DNA of 64,000 nucleotides from Kiritimatiellota bacterium (GTDB taxonomy: Bacteria > Verrucomicrobiota > Kiritimatiellia > JAAZAB01), in the NCBI GenBank assembly GCA_026398415.1, contig JAPLSY010000087.1:17826-81825 (forward strand), written 5' to 3'. Numbering within the stretch: position 1 is the stretch's first letter; each line of letters starts with the position of its first letter. The notes below the pieces were generated by a model that saw only the letters and a program-made list of their open reading frames with translations, did no database searches and was not told the DNA's origin. Below, piece by piece: positions 29,202-38,399 of the stretch. Position numbers and translations under genes: made by a program.

Positions 29202-30361
29202 TGAGCAACACTCCAAAGAATATCGTCATCCTGGGCAGTACCGGCTCCATCGGGGAAAGCGCGCTGCGCGTAGTGGCCGCGTTTCCGGACCGGTTCCGGA
29301 TCATCGGCCTGGCAGCCCAAACCAAGGTGGAGCGCCTACTGGAACAGGCGCGGCTTTTTTCTGTTGAGCGCGTGGCCGTGACCGATCGCGAAGCGGCACG
29401 CCACGCCACGCAACTGGCCCCGGCAGGCCTGACCGTACTTGCCGGGCCGGAAGGTCTGGAGGAGTTGGCCGCGCTTCCCACCGCCGATATTGTGCTCGTG
29501 GCCGTCGTGGGCATGGCGGGCTTAAGTCCCGTACTGGCGGCCTTGCGTCAGGGTACGGACGTGGCGCTGGCCACCAAGGAAGTCCTGGTGGCGGCCGGCC
29601 AAAAAGTAATTGCCGTCAGCCGTGCCTTGGGCGCACGAATTTTGCCGGTAGACAGCGAACACAGCGCCATATTTCAGTGCCTGAACGGCCAGGGCGCGGA
29701 TCGCGTACGCCGCCTCATGTTGACGGCCTCGGGTGGGCCGTTCGCGCATAACCCGCGCCTGGACTTGGAAAAAGTAACCGTGGCCGAAGCCCTGAAGCAT
29801 CCCCGCTGGAACATGGGCCGCAAGGTAACGGTGGATTCGGCCACCATGATGAACAAAGGACTGGAAATCATCGAAGCCCACTGGCTATTCGGCGTGCCCT
29901 TCGACCGCATCGAGGTTGTAATTCACCCGGAAAGCATCGTGCATTCCATGGTCGAATTTCAGGATGGGAACGTTCTGGCCCAGCTCAGTGTTTCCGACAT
30001 GCGCTTCGCCATCCAGTTGGCGCTCACCTGGCCGGAGCGCCTGGATGGCGGTCTGCCGGCCCTCGATTTGGCGCGGCTTGGAACGCTTCATTTTTCAGCG
30101 CCGGACGACGCGCGGTTTCCCTGCCTGAGCCTGGCCCGCGCGGCGGCCCGGGCGGGCGGCACCATGCCGGTCATCCTGAACGCGGCCAATGAGGTAGCTG
30201 TGCAGGAATTTCTAAATGGCAAATTGTCCTTCCCCGGTATCTGGCGCACAGTGGAACAGGTGCTGGGGCGGCATACGGCGCTGGCCGACCCGGACCTGCC
30301 GGATATTCTGGCGGCCGATCGCTGGGCACGCGCGGAAGCCGGCCGGCTGATTCGGGAATAA
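29201..30361 (+). CDS. dxr: 1-deoxy-D-xylulose-5-phosphate reductoisomerase
   Basis: LGSTGSIG, PVDSEHSAIFQ and NKGLEIIEAHWLF motifs. Confidence 0.98.
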   Translation: MSNTPKNIVILGSTGSIGESALRVVAAFPDRFRIIGLAAQTKVERLLEQARLFSVERVAVTDREAARHATQLAPAGLTVLAGPEGLEELAALPTADIVLVAVVGMAGLSPVLAALRQGTDVALATKEVLVAAGQKVIAVSRALGARILPVDSEHSAIFQCLNGQGADRVRRLMLTASGGPFAHNPRLDLEKVTVAEALKHPRWNMGRKVTVDSATMMNKGLEIIEAHWLFGVPFDRIEVVIHPESIVHSMVEFQDGNVLAQLSVSDMRFAIQLALTWPERLDGGLPALDLARLGTLHFSAPDDARFPCLSLARAAARAGGTMPVILNAANEVAVQEFLNGKLSFPGIWRTVEQVLGRHTALADPDLPDILAADRWARAEAGRLIRE

Positions 30362-30378
30362 TAAAATTGAGGAAATAA

Positions 30379-32007
30379 ATGGATTCTATGATTTTCCATG
30401 GCATTTATGTAACCGTGATCGTGTTGCTCTTGTTCGGTGTATCGATCTTTGCCCATGAACTGGGCCATTTCATCACCGCTCGTCTGTTCGGCATGGTCGT
30501 GGAAGTATTTTCGTTAGGCTTCGGACCATCCATCTGGAAAAAGAAATATCGCGGTACCCTTTACAAGATCGGCATTTTCCCCATTGGCGGGTATGTGGCC
30601 CTGCCCCAGATGGATCCGACCGATGCCTTGCCGACCGTAAAGCCGAAACAAACCGATGCGACCACAGGAACATCGGCCCAGGAACCGGCGACTCCGCCGC
30701 CTAAACCCTGGTCGCCTATGGCGCCGCCGGAGGCGGGTAAACCCTGGTCGCCTATGGCGCCGCCGGAGGCGGGTAAACCCTGGTCGCCTATGGCGCCGCC
30801 GGAGGCGGGTAAACCCTGGTCGCCTATGGCGCCGCCGGAGGCGGGTAAACCCCTGCCACCGGTAGCGCCCTGGAAAAAAATCATTGTGGCGGCGGCCGGC
30901 GCCGCCGGTAATATGGTCCTGGCCGCGATCATCGCCTGGATTGTCTATTGGGGCGGCAAGCCTTCCACGCCGGGCGAGCGTTGCGCCGTTATTGGATTTG
31001 TGGACACCAATTCGGTTGCCTACACCAGCGGCCTGCGCCTCGGCGATGAAATTCTTGCCGTAAACGATGTCCCGGTTGCAACGTGGAACGATGTCATCCA
31101 GGAAAATACACGCTTTGAAACTGTCCGCTTCGCCGTCCGAACACCGGCCGGCACCAATATGATCACGGTGCCGACGGAAAAGAACGCGCTGGGTTTCCGG
31201 ATGGTGGATGGCCTGCGCGAAATCACGCTATGCAAGGTCATGGCCGTGGAGACAGAGTCCAGCGCGGCCCAGGCCGGCGTTCATCCGGAAGACGTGATTT
31301 TAAGGTTCAACGACGTAACCGTGCTCAGCATCGAGCACCTGGTCACGCTCGTGTCCGCGCGGCCGGACCAGCCCACCCCGCTCGCCGTGGAACGCGGAGG
31401 GCAAATCCTGGCCCTCACCGTCTCGCCGCAGCTTGACTCGTCCCTAGGGCGCGCGCGGATCGGCATCCGCTTCGACCCGATGGCTGTGGATTACGACAAA
31501 GTGGTTCACATCCCGCCCAGCGTTCAACTGAAGGGCCATGCCACCATGATCCTCAGGGTGGTCCGCGCACTCCTGACCCCGAAGGAAGCCAAACACACGT
31601 CCGAAGGACTCGGCGGTCCGCCCATGATTCTTTACATGATCCAGGATGCCGTGCGCAAAGGCATCATGATCGCCCTGTGGTTCATGTGCTTCCTTAACGT
31701 GAACCTGGCCATCATTAACCTCCTTCCGATCCCGGTGCTCGACGGGGGTCACATCATGTTTTCCCTGTGGGAACTGGTCACCCGGCGTCCAATTCACCCG
31801 AAACTGATTGCCTGGATTTACCAGGTTTTCTTTTTCCTGTTTATCGCGGTATTCATTCTGCTCTCGGGGCGGGATTTTCAGCGACTCTATCAACTCCACC
31901 AGCTATCGAAAACGGTTGCCCGTCAGATGGCCGTCACCAACGTCGTCACGAACGCGGTTGCCGGCACCGCTCCGAGCGCGGCTACGAACGAACCCGGAAC
32001 GCCGTAA
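30379..32007 (+). CDS. rseP: RIP metalloprotease RseP (M50, two PDZ domains)
   Basis: HELGH and NLLPIPVLDGGH motifs; PDZ segments; synteny. Confidence 0.93.
   Translation: MDSMIFHGIYVTVIVLLLFGVSIFAHELGHFITARLFGMVVEVFSLGFGPSIWKKKYRGTLYKIGIFPIGGYVALPQMDPTDALPTVKPKQTDATTGTSAQEPATPPPKPWSPMAPPEAGKPWSPMAPPEAGKPWSPMAPPEAGKPWSPMAPPEAGKPLPPVAPWKKIIVAAAGAAGNMVLAAIIAWIVYWGGKPSTPGERCAVIGFVDTNSVAYTSGLRLGDEILAVNDVPVATWNDVIQENTRFETVRFAVRTPAGTNMITVPTEKNALGFRMVDGLREITLCKVMAVETESSAAQAGVHPEDVILRFNDVTVLSIEHLVTLVSARPDQPTPLAVERGGQILALTVSPQLDSSLGRARIGIRFDPMAVDYDKVVHIPPSVQLKGHATMILRVVRALLTPKEAKHTSEGLGGPPMILYMIQDAVRKGIMIALWFMCFLNVNLAIINLLPIPVLDGGHIMFSLWELVTRRPIHPKLIAWIYQVFFFLFIAVFILLSGRDFQRLYQLHQLSKTVARQMAVTNVVTNAVAGTAPSAATNEPGTP
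30702..30852 (+). repeat. 4 perfect 36-nt tandem repeats (KPWSPMAPPEAG) inside rseP
   Basis: TAAACCCTGGTCGCCTATGGCGCCGCCGGAGGCGGG at 30702, 30738, 30774 and 30810. Confidence 0.97.
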
Positions 32008-32172
32008 ACCAGACGGAGCGAGTTTTGTTGCGCAACGACCTAAAGGCCGCGCCTGATGACTGCCGTCGAGCGAACCGAAAAAATGAATAATCTATTTATT
32101 TTACGACCTTAATTATGTGATATTTTGGGCGCCTGATGGTCAATAACGAAAGCCGCGAAAAAGGGAAATACC

Positions 32173-33174
32173 ATGAAATGCAAGCCGGACTATGCAACGC
32201 TAACGGTTAGGCCGTATCAGCTTCTATGTATCGTTTGTGCACTTGGCGAAAACGACTCGGCCCCAAGTGACCCCCGCCTTAAGGAACTCCTCGAAAAGAT
32301 CCGGAGCAACCCCGACCTGCCCATCGCCCTGCGCTGTAACACGGCCGACGAATTCAGTTATCAAGCCGTGGGCACCCAGGACGACACGGGCGAAGGCCTG
32401 GAATTCAATCGCAAGCGCGACATGGATATACTTCTGCAGCTGGATCTCGCGCCAGGATCCATTTTGCCGGCGAGAATTATTTTTGGGCGGTTACTCAAAG
32501 CGATTTCTTCCGTTTCAGGAATCTGCGGTTACGCTACGGTAACATCCGAAGCGTGGCACGGATGTCCACGCGCCAAGAACGGGCGCTACGAGAAAGGTCA
32601 CGCAAAGGGCATCAACGCCATCATTCCACCCCGCGACACGGAGGAGATGAAACGGGACAAGGACACCTCCATCAAGGACATGTTCGCGTCAAAAGCGATC
32701 AAAATTCGCCCGCACATCCTCTTGTGTGCCGTCGCCCAATATGGCGGAGGCACCCGGCCGCCCTTCGCGGCGGACAACCTGCCCGAGATGATTCAACATA
32801 TTCTCAAGAATCCCGATACGTCTATTACGCTCGTATCGGGCGCAGATTGGATGATGTGCGGTCCCTGCCCTAGCCGTGTTGCCCAGCTTAATGCCTGCGT
32901 ATGTGGCGCCATCGGCTCCGGCGGACTCTACAACGAGATGAAGGACCTGAATGTGCTCCAGGCCTTGGGCCTGACATATGGCACCACCATGAACGCAAGG
33001 GCATTATACAAGTTGATCTTCGAACGGATTCCGAAAACGGGCGGCGTCTGTGCGTTGGATATCCGTATCGCCCAGCTCTCCGTGTGGTGTGACAGCTGCG
33101 GCAAAAATCCTGCTCCTTGCCCCGACTACGAGAAGGGCCGGGAGATGCTCATGAAAGAGTTCGCCAAGGCCTGA
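32173..33174 (+). CDS. Cys-rich protein with two DUF1284-like domains (putative Fe-S/metal binding)
   Basis: VRPYQLLC and IRPHILLC each start a half; D..CGPCP; W..CP / WCDSC. Confidence 0.65.
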   Translation: MKCKPDYATLTVRPYQLLCIVCALGENDSAPSDPRLKELLEKIRSNPDLPIALRCNTADEFSYQAVGTQDDTGEGLEFNRKRDMDILLQLDLAPGSILPARIIFGRLLKAISSVSGICGYATVTSEAWHGCPRAKNGRYEKGHAKGINAIIPPRDTEEMKRDKDTSIKDMFASKAIKIRPHILLCAVAQYGGGTRPPFAADNLPEMIQHILKNPDTSITLVSGADWMMCGPCPSRVAQLNACVCGAIGSGGLYNEMKDLNVLQALGLTYGTTMNARALYKLIFERIPKTGGVCALDIRIAQLSVWCDSCGKNPAPCPDYEKGREMLMKEFAKA

Positions 33175-33227
33175 CGAGTTACCCCGCCTGCCGCAACGCC
33201 AAATTAAGGGAATAATTTATTCAGGTC

Positions 33228-34370
33228 ATGAGTATTGCATCTCCATCCATCCTGGCGCGGCGGCGGAAAACCCGACAGATTCATGTCGGCCCCGTAGCGG
33301 TGGGCGGCGGAGCGCCGGTGACGGTCCAGACCATGACCAAAACCGACACGCGCGACGTCCGCGCCACGATCGCCCAGATCCGCAACCTGGAACGCGCGAG
33401 CTGCGACATCATTCGCGTGGCCGTGCCGGACGAGGATGCCGCCCACTCCCTGGCCGCCATTCGCCGGGCAATCCATATTCCGCTCGTGGCCGATATCCAC
33501 TTTAATTACCGCCTGGCCCTCCAGGCACTGGCCTCAGGCGTGGACGGCCTGCGGATTAATCCCGGCAATATCGGTTCCATCGCCAACGTGCGGGAAGTGG
33601 TCCGCGCCGCGCGTGAGCGCAAAGTTCCCATCCGCATTGGCGTCAATGCCGGCTCACTGGAAAAAGAAATTTTGGCAAAATACGGCGGCGCCACGGCCAA
33701 AGCGCTCGTGGCCAGCGCCCTGAAACATGTGCGCATCCTGGAAAACCTCAACTACCGCGAAATCAAAATTTCGGTGAAAGCCTCGGACGCGGCGCGCACG
33801 GTCCAGGCCTACCGGCTCCTGGCGGCAGCCACCGATTACCCCCTGCACTTAGGCGTAACCGAAGCGGGCACCCTGCTCACCGGCACGGTGCGCTCGGCCA
33901 CGGCCCTAGGCATCCTGCTGGCAGAGGGTATCGGCGATACGCTCCGCGTTTCACTGACGGAACACCCTTTGCGGGAAGTGAAAGCGGGGTTGGAGATTCT
34001 GCGCGCGCTCGCGCTGCGGCCGCCCGGCCCCAGCGTTATTGCCTGCCCCACCTGCGGACGGGTTGAACTTGACGTCATCGCGCTCGCCCACCGGGTCGAA
34101 GAAGAACTGGACAAGCTCTCGCGCAAATTTCCCGGCGCCCGCCAGCCGGCGGACTGGCCGGTAGTGGCGATCATGGGCTGCATGGTGAACGGTCCCGGTG
34201 AAGCCCGCGAGGCGGATATCGCCATCGCCGGCGGCAAGGGTAAAGCCGCGCTTTATGTGGGTGGAAAGTATAAGACTACGGTGAAGGAAGGGAGCATTGT
34301 GGCTACGGTTGTCCGACAGGTGCGCGCATTTCTTCCGCCTTCGCGAGGTCGCTTCCCCCTTCGCTCATAG
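33228..34370 (+). CDS. ispG: 4-hydroxy-3-methylbut-2-en-1-yl diphosphate synthase
   Basis: PLVADIHF, RINPGNIG, ACPTCGR and MGCMVNGPGE motifs. Confidence 0.98.
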   Translation: MSIASPSILARRRKTRQIHVGPVAVGGGAPVTVQTMTKTDTRDVRATIAQIRNLERASCDIIRVAVPDEDAAHSLAAIRRAIHIPLVADIHFNYRLALQALASGVDGLRINPGNIGSIANVREVVRAARERKVPIRIGVNAGSLEKEILAKYGGATAKALVASALKHVRILENLNYREIKISVKASDAARTVQAYRLLAAATDYPLHLGVTEAGTLLTGTVRSATALGILLAEGIGDTLRVSLTEHPLREVKAGLEILRALALRPPGPSVIACPTCGRVELDVIALAHRVEEELDKLSRKFPGARQPADWPVVAIMGCMVNGPGEAREADIAIAGGKGKAALYVGGKYKTTVKEGSIVATVVRQVRAFLPPSRGRFPLRS

Positions 34371-34431
34371 AGCTTCGGCGGACACGTCGGCGGGACAAGC
34401 CGCCGCGCACGTCCCGCCGTATGATACAGAA

Positions 34432-35601
34432 CTACCGCGTGACCGGAGAGGGCATCACCGTGATATCGGCGGGTTCTTTCCGCCTGTGGGTCTGTTCCTT
34501 CAGGGCCCAAGCTTCCATCGGCGTGGGAACTTTCGCTTGCGGCGCCACTGGCACGCTCTTGGTTTTGACCTGTTTATACACGAACACCTTGCCTTCGTAA
34601 TTGCGCAGAACCACTTCCTTATCGGTCATGGATGCCACGTAATCGGGCAGAAGCGGCACCTTGCCGCCGCCGCCCGGGGTGTCAATGACAAAGTGCGGCA
34701 CCGCCAACCCCGACGTCCATCCCCGCAAACCTTTGATGACTTCCAGTCCCTTGGCCACGGTCGTGCGCAGGTGCTCTGTGCCGGCAACCTGGTCGGCCTG
34801 GTAGATGTAATACGGCCGCACGCGGCAGGCCAGCAGTTTCTGCATGAGCGAACGCATCACGGCCGGATCATCGTTGACGCCCTTCAGCAGGACAGTCTGG
34901 GTCCCGAGCGGGATGCCGACATCGGCCAGTCGGTTAAGGGCCTTGGCCGACTGCGGCGTAACTTCGTCCGGGTGATTGAAATGCACGTTCATGAAGAGCG
35001 GGTGATATTTTTTCAGCATCCGCACCAGCTTGGCGGTCACACGCTGGGGCAATACGCACGGCACGCGGGTCCCGATACGGATAATTTCCACGTGGGGAAT
35101 CGCGCGCAATTCCCTGAGAATGCCTTCCAGGCGCTCATCGGAGAGCAGGAGCGGATCGCCACCCGATACGATCACATCGCGGATTTCCGAATGCCGGCGG
35201 ATATAGGCCAGCCCGTTCTCGATGAATTGCGGATGCATTTTGTGGAAGTCACCGACCATGCGCTTACGGGTGCAGAAGCGGCAATAGGAGGCGCACTCGT
35301 GCGAGACCAAGAACAGAACGCGGTCGGGGTAACGGTGCACAATCCCCGGCACGGGCGAATCCTGGTCCTCGGCCAGCGGGTCCTCCAATCCGCAGGTACC
35401 CTCCAGCTCGCGGGCATCGGGCACCATTTGACGATACAAGGGATCCCCCTTGGCCTTGATCAGGCTCAGGTAATAGGGATTGATGCGGATGCGGAACACG
35501 CCGGCCACCCGGCGGATTTCATCCACCTTGAGACCGAATACCTCGGCCACTTCTTCCGCGGTCGTCAAACTCTTTTGCAAAAGCTTTTGCCATCGTTCCA
35601 T
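34432..35601 (-). CDS. kamA: KamA-family radical SAM protein (lysine 2,3-aminomutase-like)
   Basis: HRYPDRV, CASYCRFCTRKR, SGGDPL and PGGGGK (PLP Lys). Start moved to ATG 35601 behind GGAGGG. Confidence 0.88.
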   Translation of the reverse strand: MERWQKLLQKSLTTAEEVAEVFGLKVDEIRRVAGVFRIRINPYYLSLIKAKGDPLYRQMVPDARELEGTCGLEDPLAEDQDSPVPGIVHRYPDRVLFLVSHECASYCRFCTRKRMVGDFHKMHPQFIENGLAYIRRHSEIRDVIVSGGDPLLLSDERLEGILRELRAIPHVEIIRIGTRVPCVLPQRVTAKLVRMLKKYHPLFMNVHFNHPDEVTPQSAKALNRLADVGIPLGTQTVLLKGVNDDPAVMRSLMQKLLACRVRPYYIYQADQVAGTEHLRTTVAKGLEVIKGLRGWTSGLAVPHFVIDTPGGGGKVPLLPDYVASMTDKEVVLRNYEGKVFVYKQVKTKSVPVAPQAKVPTPMEAWALKEQTHRRKEPADITVMPSPVTR

Positions 35602-35602
35602 G

Positions 35603-36091
35603 TTAAGCACCCTCCGGCTTGAGATACTTGCAGTAAATCAAGAGATCGTCGCCGGGGCGGTAGAAATCGCGAATGCGCGCGTTTTCCACATAGCCCAGGC
35701 GCTGGTAAAAATTACGCGTGGTTGCGTACTTGTCCCTGGATGAAGTTTCGATCACGATCAACCTCCCCGTTTTTTTATGGACGTCTTTTTCCAACCATTG
35801 AATCAAGGCTTTGCCATAGCCCTGCCGGTGCTTGCCGGGATGAACGGCCATCCAATATAAATCTACGACACCTTCGGTCATGGGCGTGGGTCCATAGCAC
35901 ATGTAGCCCACAATGGCGCCCTGCTCGTTTTCAATCACAACAACGACATAATCCTGCTGGCCGGGCTTGGCAAGGCAGACGTCGATCACCTCCGCCGCCA
36001 CCCGCTCTTCTTCCTTCGTGAACATGCCGGTCAAATGAATTACCTCTAGAACCGCTGGACGATCCTTCTCGATTATCGGTCGGATTTTCAT
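35603..36091 (-). CDS. GNAT N-acetyltransferase
   Basis: DLYWMAVHP..HRQGYGKAL, VIETSS and FY..LGY motifs. Confidence 0.92.
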   Translation of the reverse strand: MKIRPIIEKDRPAVLEVIHLTGMFTKEEERVAAEVIDVCLAKPGQQDYVVVVIENEQGAIVGYMCYGPTPMTEGVVDLYWMAVHPGKHRQGYGKALIQWLEKDVHKKTGRLIVIETSSRDKYATTRNFYQRLGYVENARIRDFYRPGDDLLIYCKYLKPEGA

Positions 36092-36100
36092 GATTGGCTT

Positions 36101-37108
36101 TCATTTTTTCTTCAGCGCCAGGCGCACCTGGCTCCGCCAGAAATTCTCGTAGGCAATGCCCTCCGCCGCCAATGACCGTGCCAGACCTGCCTCACGCGAT
36201 GTATCGGGATTGGGATTCACCTCCAGGATGTACGGGCGCGCGCGCGCATCCAGCCGGAAATCCACGCGCGCATAGCCGCGCAACTTCAATACCCGATAGG
36301 CCTGCAGGGCAAAGCGCGTCAGACGACGCGCCAAAGCCGGCAAGACTGGCGCCGGGCATACCGGTACCGTGCCCCGGTAGGTCGGATGCGCGGCCTGCCA
36401 CTTGGCGTCGTAGCCCACAATGCGCGGCAAGCCGGCGGGATAGTGCTGAAACAAAATCTCCGAAAGCGGCAGGACGCGCGGCGCGGACTCCTCCACAATG
36501 GCCGCATTGATTTCCCGGCCATCCACAAAACTCTCGACCAGCGCCGGTTGGTCATAGGCGGCCAGCACACGGGCCACCTGCTTGCGCAAGGCCATCCGGG
36601 TCCGTACCACGGAATGGGGGTAAATCCCGATGCTGGCGTCCTCACAGTTGGGCTTCACGATCAGCGGAAATCGAGCCGCGGCGGGCAGTTGACGCTCATC
36701 CTCGACGAGCCAGCTCGGCAGGGTCGGCAGTCCACAGGCCTTCAGAATGGCATTGGTCCTGAATTTGTCGTGACATTGAAACAGCGCGTGCGAACTGTTG
36801 CCGGTAAAGGGAATGTCCAGCAGTTCCAGCAGGCCCGCCACCTGCGCCTCGTAGGCCGAATGACCGCGGAATCCCTCGCACAGGTTGACAATTACCGCGG
36901 GACGTAGGCGGCGGATCGGCGCTACAATTTCTTCAATGCAATTGCGAACGGGAATCCACTGGAGACGATACCCGAAAGACAAGAGCGCCGCCCCCGCCTG
37001 CCGGGCGGCAGTTTCCAGGGCACGCTCGGAGAGCGTTTCCTTCGGCCGCACCAAGCGCGGCTCGCAGACATTGTATAAAATACCTACGCGTATCGAACGG
37101 GCATTCAT
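36101..37108 (-). CDS. D-Ala-D-Ala ligase-like ATP-grasp protein (2)
   Basis: IVKPNCEDASIGI, ARVDFRL and LEVNPNP; lacks the canonical Ddl N-terminal GGxSxE. Confidence 0.9.
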   Translation of the reverse strand: MNARSIRVGILYNVCEPRLVRPKETLSERALETAARQAGAALLSFGYRLQWIPVRNCIEEIVAPIRRLRPAVIVNLCEGFRGHSAYEAQVAGLLELLDIPFTGNSSHALFQCHDKFRTNAILKACGLPTLPSWLVEDERQLPAAARFPLIVKPNCEDASIGIYPHSVVRTRMALRKQVARVLAAYDQPALVESFVDGREINAAIVEESAPRVLPLSEILFQHYPAGLPRIVGYDAKWQAAHPTYRGTVPVCPAPVLPALARRLTRFALQAYRVLKLRGYARVDFRLDARARPYILEVNPNPDTSREAGLARSLAAEGIAYENFWRSQVRLALKKK

Positions 37109-38172
37109 TTCAGCAGGCCATGGCGCCGCAAAGCGATCGCGGCCACTTTCAAAATCAGGTTAGCGTAACAATACCCCGCCGCACGCGCCGCCGCCGGCAA
37201 GGCCGAATTTTCACCGGGGTCCGGCAGGATGCCGGGCAAGGGATTCAATTCCAACAGATTCGGGTTGCCTTCCGCATCCAGCCGCAGGTCCACTCTGGCC
37301 CAGTCCCGGACGCCCAGGACATCCAACGTCCGGCCGACCAGCGCACGGATACGTTTGTCAAGCGCGGCAGATATTTTGGCGGGACAGACCAGAATCGGCA
37401 GGGGCTTGGCCGGATCGTCCCACACCCACTTAGCCTCATACCCATAGACGTGGTTCGCGCCCTTCGGGAGCACGCTGTGATCGATCTCCACCAGCGGCAG
37501 AATCTCGTAATCCGGCGCGTTGCCCAGCACACCCACGGTAAATTCACGGCCGGGCAGGAATTCTTCGACCAGCGCCGGCTGATGATACGCACGGTGAATC
37601 TTGCGGACGCGTGCACGCAACTGGGTGCGGGTCCTGACCAGACTGTCGTTGCGGATGCCCATGGAAGAGCCTTCGCGCAGGGGCTTAACCATCGCGGGCA
37701 AACGGAAAGAAGCAAGCTTGCTGGCGGATGCGCCCGGCGCCACAACCGCGAACCGCGCCGTGGGGATCTGGTGATACGCCATGATTTCCTTGGTGCGAGC
37801 TTTATCGAGGCAGATACCGAGCGTCAAGGCATCCGACCCGGTGTAAGGCAATCCCAGAATTTCGCAAAGAATAGGGACATGGGCTTCACGGTTCGGCCCC
37901 GCAAATCCTTCGGAAATATTAAAGACCAGATCGGGATGCAGTTTACGCAGGCGCGCATAGGCCCGGGTATCGCCTTCCACGCGCGTAACACGATACCGCT
38001 GTGAAAGGGCGGCGGCTACCGCGGAGATGGTCTCCTCGGTATCGTATTCCGCCAATAAGTCCGGCGGTTCATCGTCGTCCACCACCAACTCGTCAGGACG
38101 ACGAACAACCGACATCTCCTGTGCCTTTTTCTTGGATGTAAAAACCAACGCGACGTGCAATGCTGAGTTCAA
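37105..38172 (-). CDS. D-Ala-D-Ala ligase-like ATP-grasp protein (1)
   Basis: VKPLREGSSMGI, EEFLPGREFTV and LELNPLPG; 'AEYD..ETI' N-terminus; TTG start. Confidence 0.9.
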   Translation of the reverse strand: MNSALHVALVFTSKKKAQEMSVVRRPDELVVDDDEPPDLLAEYDTEETISAVAAALSQRYRVTRVEGDTRAYARLRKLHPDLVFNISEGFAGPNREAHVPILCEILGLPYTGSDALTLGICLDKARTKEIMAYHQIPTARFAVVAPGASASKLASFRLPAMVKPLREGSSMGIRNDSLVRTRTQLRARVRKIHRAYHQPALVEEFLPGREFTVGVLGNAPDYEILPLVEIDHSVLPKGANHVYGYEAKWVWDDPAKPLPILVCPAKISAALDKRIRALVGRTLDVLGVRDWARVDLRLDAEGNPNLLELNPLPGILPDPGENSALPAAARAAGYCYANLILKVAAIALRRHGLLK

Positions 38173-38278
38173 CCGTCAGACCCCTTCCAGGTCTTTTTTC
38201 CGATTATTCTTTTTGCGCCGTTCGGTTAAACCGACACCTCCCGAACCGGTGGTCTCACAATCAGAACTTCGAAAAAAA

Positions 38279-38330
38279 CCACAAGCTGTTGTGGTTGTTA
38301 GTAAAATATACAACCACCTGTAGTTGTCAA
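38279..38330 (-). promoter_or_regulatory. sigma70 promoter overlapped by two NrdR-box-like 16-mers
   Basis: CCACAAGCTGTTGTGG (38279) and CAACCACCTGTAGTTG (38311), 32 bp apart; TTGACA-N16-TATTTT on the minus strand. Confidence 0.55.
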
Positions 38331-38399
38331 CACCTTTTTCAAAAAAATGTCAAATAGGTACCAGTATCGGGAATAGGGGCTCCCTGCCGCCCGTCGCGA

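Noticed and set aside
30702-30852. 36-nt repeats as a CRISPR array
   Set aside because: The repeats are directly adjacent with no spacers, lie in frame within rseP, and no cas genes are present.
32010-33225. Direct repeats flanking the DUF1284-like gene
   Set aside because: Only short scattered matches (CGAGTT, GCAACG, GAATAAT); too weak to call.
34432-35601. KamA homolog as EpmB (EF-P modification) or glutamate 2,3-aminomutase
   Set aside because: No efp or epmA is adjacent, both substrate-binding Asp residues are retained, and the gene is coupled to the ligase/GNAT operon.
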